64,000 bases of DNA from Haliotis cracherodii. Lineage: Eukaryota. The notes under the pieces were generated by a model. The model saw only the letters and a list, made by a program, of their open reading frames with translations. It did no database searches and was not told the origin of the DNA. Position numbers and translations under genes: made by a program. Shown piece after piece: positions 50,101 to 63,114 of the stretch (its first letter is position 1; every line of letters begins with the position of its first letter). Where the stretch lies: assembly GCF_022045235.1 (NCBI RefSeq), contig NW_027266286.1:70866001-70930000 (forward strand), written 5' to 3'.

Positions 50101-53100
50101 AATTGTCAGGATTGTTAAAAAAAACTCCTTTCGTGAGTATTAGAATAATTACCGAACAAGACCAGCTTCTGGGAAATATACCACTGTCAAACATCCTATT
50201 GAAACATTTTGGAAGAAAAGGCCTCATCTCAAATTTGGAACATTTTATCATTTCAGTAACAATATGGTCAGGACCAGCAGCTTCCCACAGTTTAGATGTA
50301 CTATAGCGTCCAGAATTCCATCCTGTGATAGGTGATTCTAAAATATGTTTGTCAACAACAGTATAATATGAAGAGGAAATATCCATAATATCGTCAAACA
50401 CAACACTGTCAGTGTTGAAAACAGTGTAATTTGAAAAAAAACTTTCATAAAATGTATATGCCACTGAGCCTTTGAGATACTATCTATTCTATTTGTCTGC
50501 TTCTTAATGAACGTATTTGTTTCCAAATCTAAGAAGGAGAATGGATAGTGTCACTCAGTGTATAAGCCTAAATTTACACAAGTCAGATTTATATTTCCTC
50601 CAGCAGAATTTGAATTGATTTCTCTTTTTGCAGTACATGTTTTTATTAGAGTCAGTACGTCTACATCTAATTGTATAATTGTCGCAATTTGAACTACGTT
50701 AATTCAGTAATATAACAACGAATCAGCTTAATATTGGAGGAAATCCCCAAAGTAGCTGAGTGATGAAATGAAACCAACGAGCACGTCTGTAGTGTTGACA
50801 GACAAGAGAACAATATTAAATTAACTAGCTGTTCTCTTCACAGTATAAGCTTTGTTTGTTTGTTGTCTAACGCCGCGCTCAATAATAGTCAAGCTATGTG
50901 TCGGCGGTCTGGAAAAAAACGAGCCTAGACCGAAATTGGGAGCGAGCCTGACCACCCGATCTAGTTAGTGGCCTCTTACGACAAGCATAGTCGCCTTTTA
51001 CGGCAAGAATGAGTTGCTGTCAGCGTACAAGCTGCTTTCAATGGGGAGCTCCCGTGTGCCTGATTAGGATGCCAGTTTCTCATGCTTGCACTGCCTGCCG
51101 ACTAAAATATGATCTGTGTTCTTTTAGACTTTTCTCCATGTCGTGTGTAAGCTGAATTTAGACACTCGTGTTTTGAATAGTTTTCTTGTTGTATACAGAG
51201 GCGACAAAAAACTTTTCGTAATCACGCGACATCTCTGCTAAAAACGGAGTCCATTGTATGATTCCGACTACCTAATATATAAGAAACATGTGTTTATGAA
51301 TCCCTGTAAAATTGTGATGAACGGTCACTTTACACAAGCTACAGATGCTTACTTCTTAAAAGCAGCCATCAATTCATAAAGGGCTTGGTATTTTTTGTTT
51401 TATGTAATAAAATCACAGGACACTTTACAGAAGTTAATTTCAATAAATTACCTGTTTTGTGACGGTTCCCGAAGGGACACCATGCTCCATTGTCTGTTGC
51501 CCGTTTTCAATGACTGCAATAATATTAATGTGAGACATTGACACATTGTGTCTGTGTAATGAGAATAACTATTTGTTACTTGACTGATCGAAATTAAAAA
51601 AACTTCAATGTGCAGATGGGTATTGCATATTGCTTTAATGCAATTTGGCCCAAATCTATACTCTCTTTAGGTTCCACGAACTACCTAGAAAGAATTGACA
51701 TGAGCCACATGTGCGTATTTGTGTGTGTATGCGTATGTGTATGCGTATGTGTATGCGTATGTTTACGTGAATGCGTATGTGAATGGGTATGTGTATACGT
51801 ATGTGTATGTGTATGACTATGTGAATGCTAATGTGTATGCTAATGTGTACGTGAATGCGTATGTGTATGCGTATGTGTATGTGTATGTGAATGCATATGT
51901 GTATTCGTATGTGTATGTGTATGTGTATGCGTGGGCTTCGGGAAGAACTGTGTCATTCTATGTTCTCTTGTGTCGAGTGATTCAATTTGTATGCATAATA
52001 TCATCATTCTCTTTGAACTGATAGTTTTGAACACTTTGTAATTCTTGAACCTGAAGTGTTGTTGTAAGAGATTGCGCAACATGTTTGGTATAACTTAGAT
52101 ACAGGGTTCTAAAATAGCTCACCCATAATATAGATTACAAGGGGGATTTATATGTCTTATTTTCATGGTTATACCTATATTATCATTATCAAGGTAATAT
52201 GTGAAGTAATAAGTCAACTGCCAATTACCAGTGAGTTAAATGACCCACTACATGCCAGAACGAGTGATGCCTGTCAACGTATCGCTTTTGCGTAGTCCCA
52301 CAACTCCCGCTGATACAGAGATATAGCACAACAAGGAAACGTTGTATTATCTTTAGCTAGCATCCCCATGGGCACCAACTGTGCTCCCCTTCTTGCTGGC
52401 CTGTTTCTTTACGCACATGAGTCGGGATTTCTTTTCACATTGGCAAAAGTCAAAACAAGGTAATTTGGCTAAGATGTTTAACCTGGGCTTCATGTGTATC
52501 GATGATCTGATAACGTTCAATAACCATCAAATAGCCAATTCACTTCCTCTGACGTACCCACCTGAACTACAAATTTAGGAGACCAGTGAGACAGCCTCAT
52601 CTGTTTCATGTTTAAATCTATGGACAAAGAATCAGAGTGACAAAACACTCTCCACAAGACTGTATGACAAGAGGGATGACATCAACTTTCCAAAAGTCCA
52701 CTTCCCCCCCTTCATGTCGAGCAGCACCCTCCCCCCCTTGGTATCTACAATTCTCAACTTTTGAGATACAATCGAGCACGCTCTTTCTACCAAACATCAT
52801 CGTACGACTCTTGCCTAGAAGTTGTTTGATCAAGGGTACAGCCTAATGAGGAGGACATTTCCAAATGTGACGCATCGGTGACAAAAACATGAGATCCGAT
52901 GCAGTTCCATATTTTGATTTGTACCATATGATCCCGTGTTTTTTCAGAGATTTCCTATCAATACGGAAAGGATTTTTTTAGCTTTTATTTATTTGGAACA
53001 GGGATGTTGGTGGATGTCAGTGTACAGTGAGGCCATGTGACGTAACATGGAAAGTCTACTTGTTCATATTGTTTTTGTCACTAGGCAAACAACAAGTTTG

Positions 53101-53577
53101 CTTTCGGTTTGTTTTATATTGTATAGAGTGAGTGAGTGAGTATGGTTTTATGCCGCTTTTAGCACTATTCCAGCCATATCACGACGGGGGACCCTAGAAA
53201 TGGGCTTCACACATTACACCATAAAAGAAAATACACAAGTATTATTCAGAGAAATTTATTATTACACAAAGTTGGCAACACAAAAAAAACAAAACGTTAT
53301 GTACAATATAAACAAACTATTTACATGTGCGAGCATGATATATTTACAAATGATAATATATAATGGTAAAACAAATAATGTCACAAATACTTCAAAATCA
53401 ATACGATTAAAAGTATTTTTGTAAGGTCGAAATAAACCAAGTTCACAAAACATTGTCCTTCTTGTTCTCAAGTGTTCCTCATATAAACGAATAAATGTTT
53501 GTATTTGGCGTGACGTTGAGTCCCACTATTACACATGCGTAAAAGTACGACTTCGCAGAGGGAGTGTAAACCATGGT

Positions 53578-55732
53578 TTACACAAACTGATACTTGAGAC
53601 ATTCGTATTTCTTACAGCTGCATCCGGTGGGGATGGTGACGCGGGTTCTGCGGCACTGCTTGATCTCGCCGGGACAGAAGACGTAGATATCACGTTCAAC
53701 CATGCCGTCGGGGACGCAGTAGTGGTGTTTCACCTCCGTGGTGTCCATGACGCAGTGACCTCTGGAGAAAAGAGATGATGGTGAATATTGTGTAATAATA
53801 CTTTCTTGTACAAGCCTCAAATGTAATATCGACGTGTACATTATTAAAAGACCTTTTAACATTTTTGAATTGTGCGACTCAGAATCAGACCAAACTAAGA
53901 TTGAAGACGTATGTTGCGCATATTGTTTATTAATACCTGTTATTCCCAAAATTAGAAACATAAGACCCATGTTACCCCAAACCACCATGAACTTGAAGGA
54001 AACCGTTTATCATGAATACTAGCATATGAAAGCTGGACATGTTTGGTCAAGCTAATTGTGTGACGTACCCGCATTGAGCGACTTCAACTCCCTGGGCTTC
54101 AGGCATGATGACGTAGCAGACCTCTCGGCGCCCGTTCTGGGTGTTGGTCCACCAGATTCTCTCCAGGAGCTCGGTGTTCTCGGAACACAGATCCTTGTAT
54201 CGGTAGGCGGGGTAGTGGCTGGAATAAACCACAAGCATGGTTCAAACAGCTATAGTGCAATAATTATAGCATTGCGTTCTTGAAGAAATGTCTGTGCGGC
54301 TGGAGTTTAACGCCGCGTTTCAGCAATAGTCCAACCTACGGTGGAGTGAACCAGGCATGGGATTGACACAGTCGAACTTGGTTTCTGAGAGTGAGTGAAC
54401 GTTTAACAACAAGTCTACTCCATCGCCCTCTATACAATTGAGTCGTGTGAAACATGGAGATGACATCACTGATCCGTTTGTCTCGTCATATAAATTGATA
54501 ATATTGTCACGTCATAAACAAGGTAAAAGACTGTTTTACATAGGTAAATTAATTGTTTTATGTAATAATCACAACTGGTGGTATGACACATGTGATAGTA
54601 CTCGAGTGATTTAGTAGGACACAAGATCAAATTGAGTTGGGTGAGTCAGTGCGCTGAATTTGGGAAAGCTACAGGTAACCTTCTAACACGTGTAAAAGTG
54701 ACCTTCACCTATTGAGTGAGTCAGTTGCCTATTGAACAGTATTTCAGATATATTGCAACGGGACAGCTTAATGTGGGAGGTGAAATGACGATGAAACGGG
54801 TGATGACTAGTAGCTAGGGTGGATCATCTGTACCTACCCGGTGGAGTTCATCTTGTTGTGGAGGTAGCATCCCTGCACCAGCAGCATGTACTCCATTGCG
54901 TCGGGATCCTGTTCCAGGGCACTGAACACACGGTCACTGGAACAAACACGTTAACATTATTGTCAGCCTTCTCATACACTATGGTGTACAGACAACAGTA
55001 GAACTTACAGTGTGAACACACGGTCATTGGAACAACTAATAACGCATCTTTGCAATTTCACAACATAGCTTCTTAAAATTACAAAAGACACGGGGGACAG
55101 AACCCGAGCCATACAGATCTGACAAACGATGGCATTTACAACTTGGCCGTTCCGCCTTACTGCCTGAACTTAATTTACCACATAAATGAAAATAAAGCAT
55201 ACTTCGGATATATATAAATAATATAAAATAATTATTTTCCTGTTTGTTGTTTTCCTCAAATATTTATGCATACATTTTAAGGGAAAGACAACATCAAAGC
55301 ATATTTCTAGATAAAATACATACACAGGGTATTTGTAGGACTTGTCGAAGCACAGCTTTTCCTTGGTAGGCCATTCGTACTGGGGGACGCCATTCTTGTC
55401 AAAGTAGCAGATTGGCTGTTTGGTTTTGGCGGAGAGGGCGCTGAAGATGCTGGAACCGTCACGGACGCGGGCACCAAACAAGGAAGACTTTCTGGATTTC
55501 AGGAGGCTAGCGAATCGGCTGGAGGTTGAGCCTCCCAGAGAACGCCCTCCGACAGGGGGTCGATTCCACGCCAAGGTGACGGCGGTGAGGGACATGAGAA
55601 CGCATAATGTCACAAGAACTCTCTGGAAGAAATGAGAGATGGGGATTTTCATTTAAACTACTCTGCACATAAATAAACTGTATATCAAGACATTATCATC
55701 GTACACAGTTAGCAAAATATTCTACTTACCAT
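53578..55732 (-). CDS. Secreted cystine-knot protein, type B, copy B2 (244 aa)
   Basis: Exons 55732-55730, 55622-55324, 54936-54838, 54218-54069, 53761-53578. Near-identical to B1; intron 1 is 107 nt versus 293 nt in B1. Confidence 0.85.
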
Positions 55733-56319
55733 ATTTGCAAACAAAGGACCAATCTATGTTAAAATAGTTACTGTAGCTGTGTACAGCGATGGCTGACTTG
55801 CTGGGGCCTTTCGCTCGCTTTTATTCCCTCTCACCTCGGAAGGAGGAGCACATTTCAGCCAATCAGAAGTGGCGTTTTTGATCGAATGACCCTGACGTCA
55901 GACGGCAACACTTCTTCCTGAAAACAATGGCGGCAGTGGATTACGTACCTGCGTCACAGATCATAACAAGGAGATTTAAAGATGACAACCTCTCTCTTAT
56001 ACATTCACGGTGTTCCAAGGCCACTTAAGCCTCTTGCCCATCAATCAGAATGACAGAGTGAGAGAACATGACAATATATATATACATACAGATGACGCCA
56101 GTTATAATTAGATACATATAAATGACGACAGTTGTGACAAGATTGACGTTGTACAATAATGTATTGAGAGATAGAAATTGACGTCACAGAATTTGATGGA
56201 CAACTGTCACGTGACAAGAGAGACAGGGCACGAGTCGAGAGTATATAAGGAGACACTGGCCCACTCTGAGCCAGCGACTGTGAACACCTCACGAACCGAG
56301 CTTCACACATCATCCTACC
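55733..56319. promoter_or_regulatory. Bidirectional promoter between B2 and A3
   Basis: Near-identical copy of 43903-44487 with the same CRE, CCAAT, E-box and TATA motifs. Confidence 0.7.
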
Positions 56320-59082
56320 ATGGGAAAGGTATATATCTATATCTGATTTATTTCTTAGAAATGGTTTATATGTTGAAATATATTTCAAAATGAATTGATT
56401 GAAAGCATTTAGCTGTGTATAAAGTTGCATATTGCTTATTGAAATGAATATGGTTAGCCTTTATCTTCTTTTTTTCTCTCACGAAAATGGTGTTTTAATG
56501 TGTGCACTTCGACCGTTACGTTAATGGTAGCATTTTCTGTTTAGTGGTGCTATTGTGACAAACACATATTTAGGTATATCTTCAGAGCTAATGTTCCGTA
56601 GGTAGTAATACTCAATGTTTAAGATTTTTGTTCAACTGTTCCGTTTATTCTAGAACCTTATGGATCATAAAAACACCAGAGAAATTGAATTGTTCTTTCA
56701 TTACCCCTTTATACTCAAATATAACCAATTACAAAATGTGATCTTTGTTTTCCAGTTCACCTACTATATCGCGGCGTTAGTCGGCCTCGTCGCCATGACG
56801 ACGGCCCTCCCCCATCTCCCCACTCCCGCCTGCTATTCCCAGCAACTTCTGTCGGACCAGAGCTTTGACCTCAGCTTTGTCTGCAACGACGGAAGACAAT
56901 ATCCCGAGTAAGTACATTGAGCTACTTCGGAAACAATGTACAGGGCAGGTTGTTTGTGTTTCGTTTGAAAAGCCTTCTTAAGTTTGCCGTTTGCTGTATG
57001 AATTTTCACAAATATATAAAATCAAAGTAAAATGAGTCATAAATGAATTGTATTTAAGTCGAACTGTCTTTGAATGACACACCATGTACCTTTAAGTCGA
57101 ATTAATGACATGCGTTGATGTTATAAGAGTTTTTGCACCGTTAAGTCGAAATGTCAGACATATTCACTTTGGACTATATAACATGCACCTCTAAGTGGCA
57201 TAACCGACATGCGTTGGTGTACCGTTAAGTCGGACTGTCTGACATTTTACTTTGTCTCCAGACAGGAGATCGAGGAGGCTCTGTACTACGCCGACGACCA
57301 CTGGCGTATCTACCTCAACCTGACATCCACCTGCTTCCAGGACCAGGACACCTACTTCATGAACAAACAGTAAGTAGCGCCGCACACTAGATCTACTTTG
57401 AAATAAAGCAACAAAACCCTCCCCAATAATCGAACGAAATGTCCATTGTCCTTTGCACGATTAGGACAATATCATGAGCATGTGTTTATGAATCAATATA
57501 CAAAAAAGTAATGATACCAGATGCTGGCGACACAGTGAGCGTTTCCTGCACTTGTGGAACCCGTCACAAACACATGCAAAGACATCTCAATTGTTTACCT
57601 GAAAATATGCGAATATATTGTATTGATCAAAACAGGTAATTGCATCGATCGTCAATTTTTACCCCTTTAATCCGGACGCGTCGCTTCCAATGAAATAGCC
57701 CGGGATAACGATACTTGAGTTGGGAGTAATGTCTCACTGGTTGTATGTCATTCACAAGAATAAAGTCCTGAAATCGGGGTTCCGGATTAACAGGGGTTCA
57801 CTATCTATTATCAACGACGTTCTTATATATTTTCATCCTAGGGAGTGCTTTATGTTAAATATACTGAAGAAATGTAGATAGGAAACACATTAAAACATCG
57901 TAAAATAATGTTCATTGCTCTATTCAGAGAAATGCTTCAGATGAAAGAAAATAACCGTACTGTGTTAAATGTTGGTACCTGGTTATTTCGTTCATTACCG
58001 AATGATACCTGGTTTTCCTGGTATCCATACGACTTTTGACAATACCAAACACATACTTCCCCCAGTTTATTTGAGGCTTGACATATACAAATTAAAACTG
58101 GTATTTGTGAATGTTACTATATTCTACATATATTCTGGAATCGCTATCATTCATTGACTTTGTCCTTGCAGCTCTGAGCCCAACTACTACAAGTTGAAGA
58201 GCGTGTGCAACACCACTCGTACCATGGTGCACACCATCTATGCCATGGACGGTCAAGTCTGCCACGTTGTCCGCCCTATGTCCCAGAAAGTCTTCTACGC
58301 CACATGCGGGTAGGTACACAGCTATGTTTTTAACAAGCAGTTCATTATACATACTAAAATTCATAACTAAGCAGTTGGTTATAATTAATATATTTTTAGT
58401 GATATGTCAACGACAAAGGCTTGATTATACAAAACGCAGGCTCCTACGAAGTCAAACAAATAAACGTTGGAGTAGTTTGACTGCATATTTATATTTTTGA
58501 AAAAGATTTTATATCTTAATATTCAAATGAAGCGAATCAAAAACCCTTGCATTCATTGTACACATTCATATATACACATTTATTGTCTATAAAGAAAGTT
58601 TAGCTGTTCAAATACTCATGTGAAATTAAGAATTGTTAAAAGGACATTCATAATAGCAATCTACATATCGACACTCTAAGACTAATTACAAGACTTATCA
58701 TTAAAATAGTATTTATCCATTACATCTCGCTTTACTAAATATGCCCTGTTTGTTTTACAGAGGAGAATGTAACCTTGGTTACGACGGCGTGACCGGCTAT
58801 CACTGCATTCAACGCGGAATCACCTACCGCAACTTCCTCGGTTACTGCCGTCTCCCCGACCCCGCAACCTTCCCAGAATCTGATCCCATCTACGCTCTTG
58901 ACCCCTCCGTCGACAACTTCTACGACCCCCGTGTTGCCCCTCCAACCCACCGCATGCAGCACAACCTCCTCCAGAGCGGTGGCCACTACAAACCCAAGGG
59001 CTACTTCACGGAGTTGAGCGTTACCCTCCCCAGCTACTGCGGCTGCAGGGGATATTTCTGCCCCCACGACAGGATTGTTTAG
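56320..59082 (+). CDS. Secreted cystine-knot protein, type A, copy A3 (242 aa)
   Basis: Exons 56320-56328, 56756-56907, 57262-57369, 58172-58309, 58761-59082; intact frame. Introns 3 and 4 are diverged from A1/A2 while exons are nearly identical. Confidence 0.85.
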
Positions 59083-60430
59083 ATGATGACTACGTTCATT
59101 AAGGGACTGATACAAAATGAACAAAGACCAGTTGAAGCCAGTTGTTTTCCACAAGCATTTTATTTAAATAAGTGAAAACTATTTTTAAAGAACCAAACTC
59201 TTTCTGATTTTTAGAAGCCTTTTCAAGTAAATGGAAATTACAAATGTTATTTGGTTTACACTTCACTTTTTTCAAATCATTTCAGACTTACCTTTATTTT
59301 TTCCTCACTTTTATACCAAAATGTAATCTCGGTATGAAGTTGGCAAATATGTTAATTGTAAATATTTTGCGAATTCCATGTAAATATGTACTATAGGATG
59401 TTGTGAATATGTATTTTATATGTTCCATCTTTATACAGTTTAAACTGACATCATCATTGCTTGTGCGCGCATGTATAATATGTACAGATATTAATATGTG
59501 AAAATAAAAGCAACATGAAAATATGTACTGTTTCTGTTTTGATGATTATTGTTTAGTTTGGACAATATAAATGTATTTCAGTAATATATAAATTATATAT
59601 TTATCATATAATGGGTAGGTTTCTTGGCAGGATAAAGACAACGGATAAAAACGATATCCGTTGGGGTCATATGCGGAAAGAGATGCAAATATCAAAGGTC
59701 AAGTAGGGACTACTTTCAGTGTTTATAAACAAACATGGCGTCGCCCTTGTCATTTGGCAATCGAGTCAGAATTAACCATCGGGAATCTGGATAAACTACA
59801 GAGATAATTGCTATAATAATCAAAAGAACAGTCTAATATACATAAAATCAGTGTCTAGCTGTGACGTAGTAAGGCATTTTATAAGTTTTGGCAACTTTGG
59901 AGATATAAATTTCGAAACAATTTTGCGAGGGCACTAGGCCTAGCCAAGCGGTATCAGTAGCAATATCTGTGCTTGTGGACCTCTGCGGCTTGAAACCTTT
60001 TCCACAAATAAAAATAGTTGGATTTGGCAGAAATATGTTTGAATTTTTACCTTGTTTCGTTTTGTCGCTGTGTGTACATCTGATTGCACTTTGTAACGTT
60101 ATGACAGGACAGTCTTATAGACTAGGGTTAGAGTAGCTTCCCTTTGACAAAGGGCAGTTACTCTAGCGGCCAGACCGATGGATTCCCGCGAAATGCAAGT
60201 AAATAACAATTGTTGTTTTGCGTATATGTTGCTTCGCCACTGTATAAGAAACAGATTTCAGTTGGAACTATATTGGCAACTGTCACTGTCCGACTGACAC
60301 ATCACTTACCCTTTGACGTAATAAATATTATTGCGCTCTTTCCAGGAAAACTCGCAATGTTTAGGTAATGTTTGTGAGAGAGTGAAAGAGATTTTCAAGT
60401 ACAGATTAAAGAATGACAGTTTATGATAAA

Positions 60431-60600
60431 GAGTGAGTGAGTGATTATGGTTTTACGCTGCTTTTAGCAATATTCCAGCAATATCACGGCGGAGGGACAC
60501 CAGAAATGGGCTTCACACATTCTACCCATGTCGGGAATCGAACCCGGGTTTTCGGCGTGACGAGCGAACGCTTTAACCACTAGGCTACCCGACCGCCCCC
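60431..60600 (-). mobile_element. SINE family 1
   Basis: Full reverse copy; TSD TTATGATAAAGA. Confidence 0.9.
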
Positions 60601-60615
60601 TTATGATAAAGAAGT

Positions 60616-60722
60616 TATCACGCTTGTGTGTTTGGGGATGGTAAATATCCTGTATTAGGAATAAACACTACGTCTATTCCTAATGCAGGATATTTACCAT
60701 CCCCAAACACACTCGCGTGATA
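60616..60722. repeat. Near-perfect hairpin (~48-bp arms)
   Basis: GTGTGTTTGGGGATGGTAAATATCCTGTATTAGGAATA pairs with TATTCCTAATGCAGGATATTTACCATCCCCAAACACAC. Confidence 0.85.
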
Positions 60723-62067
60723 TTATATATATATATATATAATTCATATATAACTGAAATATAAATTATATATAACTGAAATACACCAATAGTCCTAAAT
60801 AGGTCCATTATATTGGTGCTGTCAAAATGACATTTTTCTTCTTTTCGTTATGACATAATCTGCACGAGAGCCATCGAAGTTGTGGTCGACAGTGTGACAA
60901 GTCCTTCACGTCGCATGCAGCTGAGCGAGAGTCTGCAAGTTCATGACTAGACCAAAACCATCCCCTTCCAAAAATTGTATCCATCAGATTCACAATTAAC
61001 TGTTTGATTGATTCTAGAAGTTGGCAAATAAATAAGAAAACCATACAACTTTATGGATAACAACTTTTGGTTTATTGCATATAGCGACGTTTCGATGTAG
61101 ATTCTTACACCGTTACCAAGCTGGAGTGACAACAACCAAGCGATGAAATTCACAATTGTGTGCATGAGGTTAACGTTGTTTCTGTAATGTAACAACGAAT
61201 TCGAATCACCTTAATATTGGAGGAAATCCCGAAAGTAGCTGAGTGATAACTGTGTACAGACAAGAGCACACATGAATTCATAAGCTGCTAACACTCTTCA
61301 CCGTGTAAGCTGTTTTTAATTTGGTGCTCCTGTGTGACTGATTAGGTTGTCAGTACCTAATGCTTGCAGTGCCTGCAGAGTAAAACAGGAAGTGAGAGGT
61401 CAGGACTGGTGACTTGGCTCAACGCTCCCGACAGTGTGGATCGTTGGTCATGCTTTCAATCACTGGTTGGCCAAGTCCAGTCTCGATTATAAACAGGCCG
61501 CACTGTATAGCTGAAATAATGCTGACTGATTCACGCACTCACATAATAAAACGAAGTAAGTGTATCTGAAAAGTAAGGCGAAGCTGACATGTTCACTGTA
61601 CGTAAAACAAGTATGGTTCTTAATATCTTTCTGCGAATTTGAAAAACTAAAGAATTGATAAGATGATATGGATCCCTTTAACACGTTCCTTCATGTCGTG
61701 AGTGAGCTGGGTTTAGATACAAACTTTTTCCATTGCACGATTCCAACTATATCATAAGCATGTGTTTATGAATCACAATCAAACAATGATGAACCCTAAA
61801 TTTACAGCAAAAACTTACTTCTTAAAAGTGATATTTTTAATGAAGAGTTCTGTGTTTGCTATATGTAAAGAATACACGGGACGCTATACATTCGAATAAA
61901 TTGCTTGTTTTGCGAGATACATTTTATCACGATTTTGACAGATACAGTACGCGATTTCCATTGAGGCTTATTTAAGCGATGTGTTACTCTAGGTCTTCCA
62001 GCCCTAAAGTGTCACCCACGGATTGTCGTTAAGTGAAACCCACGGCCAAAGGTATGATGTTGGCTAT

Positions 62068-63114
62068 CCAGTCTTAGATTCGAACCAACGACAACCGGTA
62101 ACTGAGCAAAAAATTGGCCAGTCTTAGATTCGAACCCATGACGACCGGTAACTGAGCAACAAAGTAGCCAGTCTTAGATTCGAACCCACGACGACCGGTA
62201 ACTGAGCAACAAAGTAGCCAGTCTTAGATTCGAACCCACGACGACCGGTAACTGAGCAACAAAGTAGCCAGTCTTAGATTCGAATCCACGACAACCGGTA
62301 ACTGAGCAACAAAGTGGCCAGTTTTAGATTCGAACCCACGACGACCGGTAACTGAGCAACACAGTAGCCAGTTTTAGATTCGAACCCATGACGACCGGTA
62401 ACTGAGCAACAAAGTAGCCAGTTTTAGATTCGAACCCACGACGACCGGTAACTGAGCAACAAAGTAGCCAGTTTTAGATTCGAACCCATGACGACCGGTA
62501 ACTGAGCAACAAAGTAGCCAGTCTTAGATTCGAACCCACGACGACCGGTAACTGAGCAACAAAGTAGCCAGTCTTAGATTCGAACCCACGACGACCGGTA
62601 ACTGAGCAACAAAGTAGCCAGTCTTAGATTCGAACCCATGACGACCGGTAACTGAGCAACAAAGTAGCCAGTCTTAGATTCGACCCCACGACGACCGATA
62701 ACTGAGCAACAAAGTAGCCAGTCTTAGATGCGAACCCACGACGACCGGTAACTGAGCAACAAAGTAGCCAGTCTTAGATGCGAACCCACGACGACCGGTA
62801 ACTGAGCAACAAAGTAGCCAGTCTTAGATGCGAACCCACGACGACCGGTAACTGAGCAACAAAGTAGCCAGTCTTAGATGCGAACCCACGACGACCGGTA
62901 ACTGAGCAACAAAGTAGCCAGTCTTAGATTCGAACCCACGACGACCGGTAACTGAGCAACAAAGTAGCCAGTCTTAGATTCGAACCCACGACGACCGGTA
63001 ACTGAGCAACAAAGTAGCCAGTCTTAGATTCGAACCCACGACGACCGGTAACTGAGCAACAAAGTAGCCAGTCTTAGATTCGACCCCACGACGACCGGTA
63101 ACTGAGCAACAAAG
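62068..63114. repeat. 50-bp tandem satellite, ~21 copies, each containing a Pol III B box
   Basis: Unit GTCTTAGATTCGAACCCACGACGACCGGTAACTGAGCAACAAAGTAGCCA; no unique spacers. Confidence 0.95.

Larger units (their letters stand above)
33600..57370 (+). repeat. Tandem segmental duplication, two units of ~11.9 kb
   Basis: About 33600-45440 is co-linear and highly similar to 45440-57370, including SINE, LINE and microsatellite insertions. A-gene ATGs are spaced 11936 and 11832 bp. Confidence 0.9.

Noticed and set aside
62068-63114. CRISPR-like array
   Set aside because: Units are contiguous 50-mers with no unique spacers, there are no cas genes, and the context is eukaryotic.
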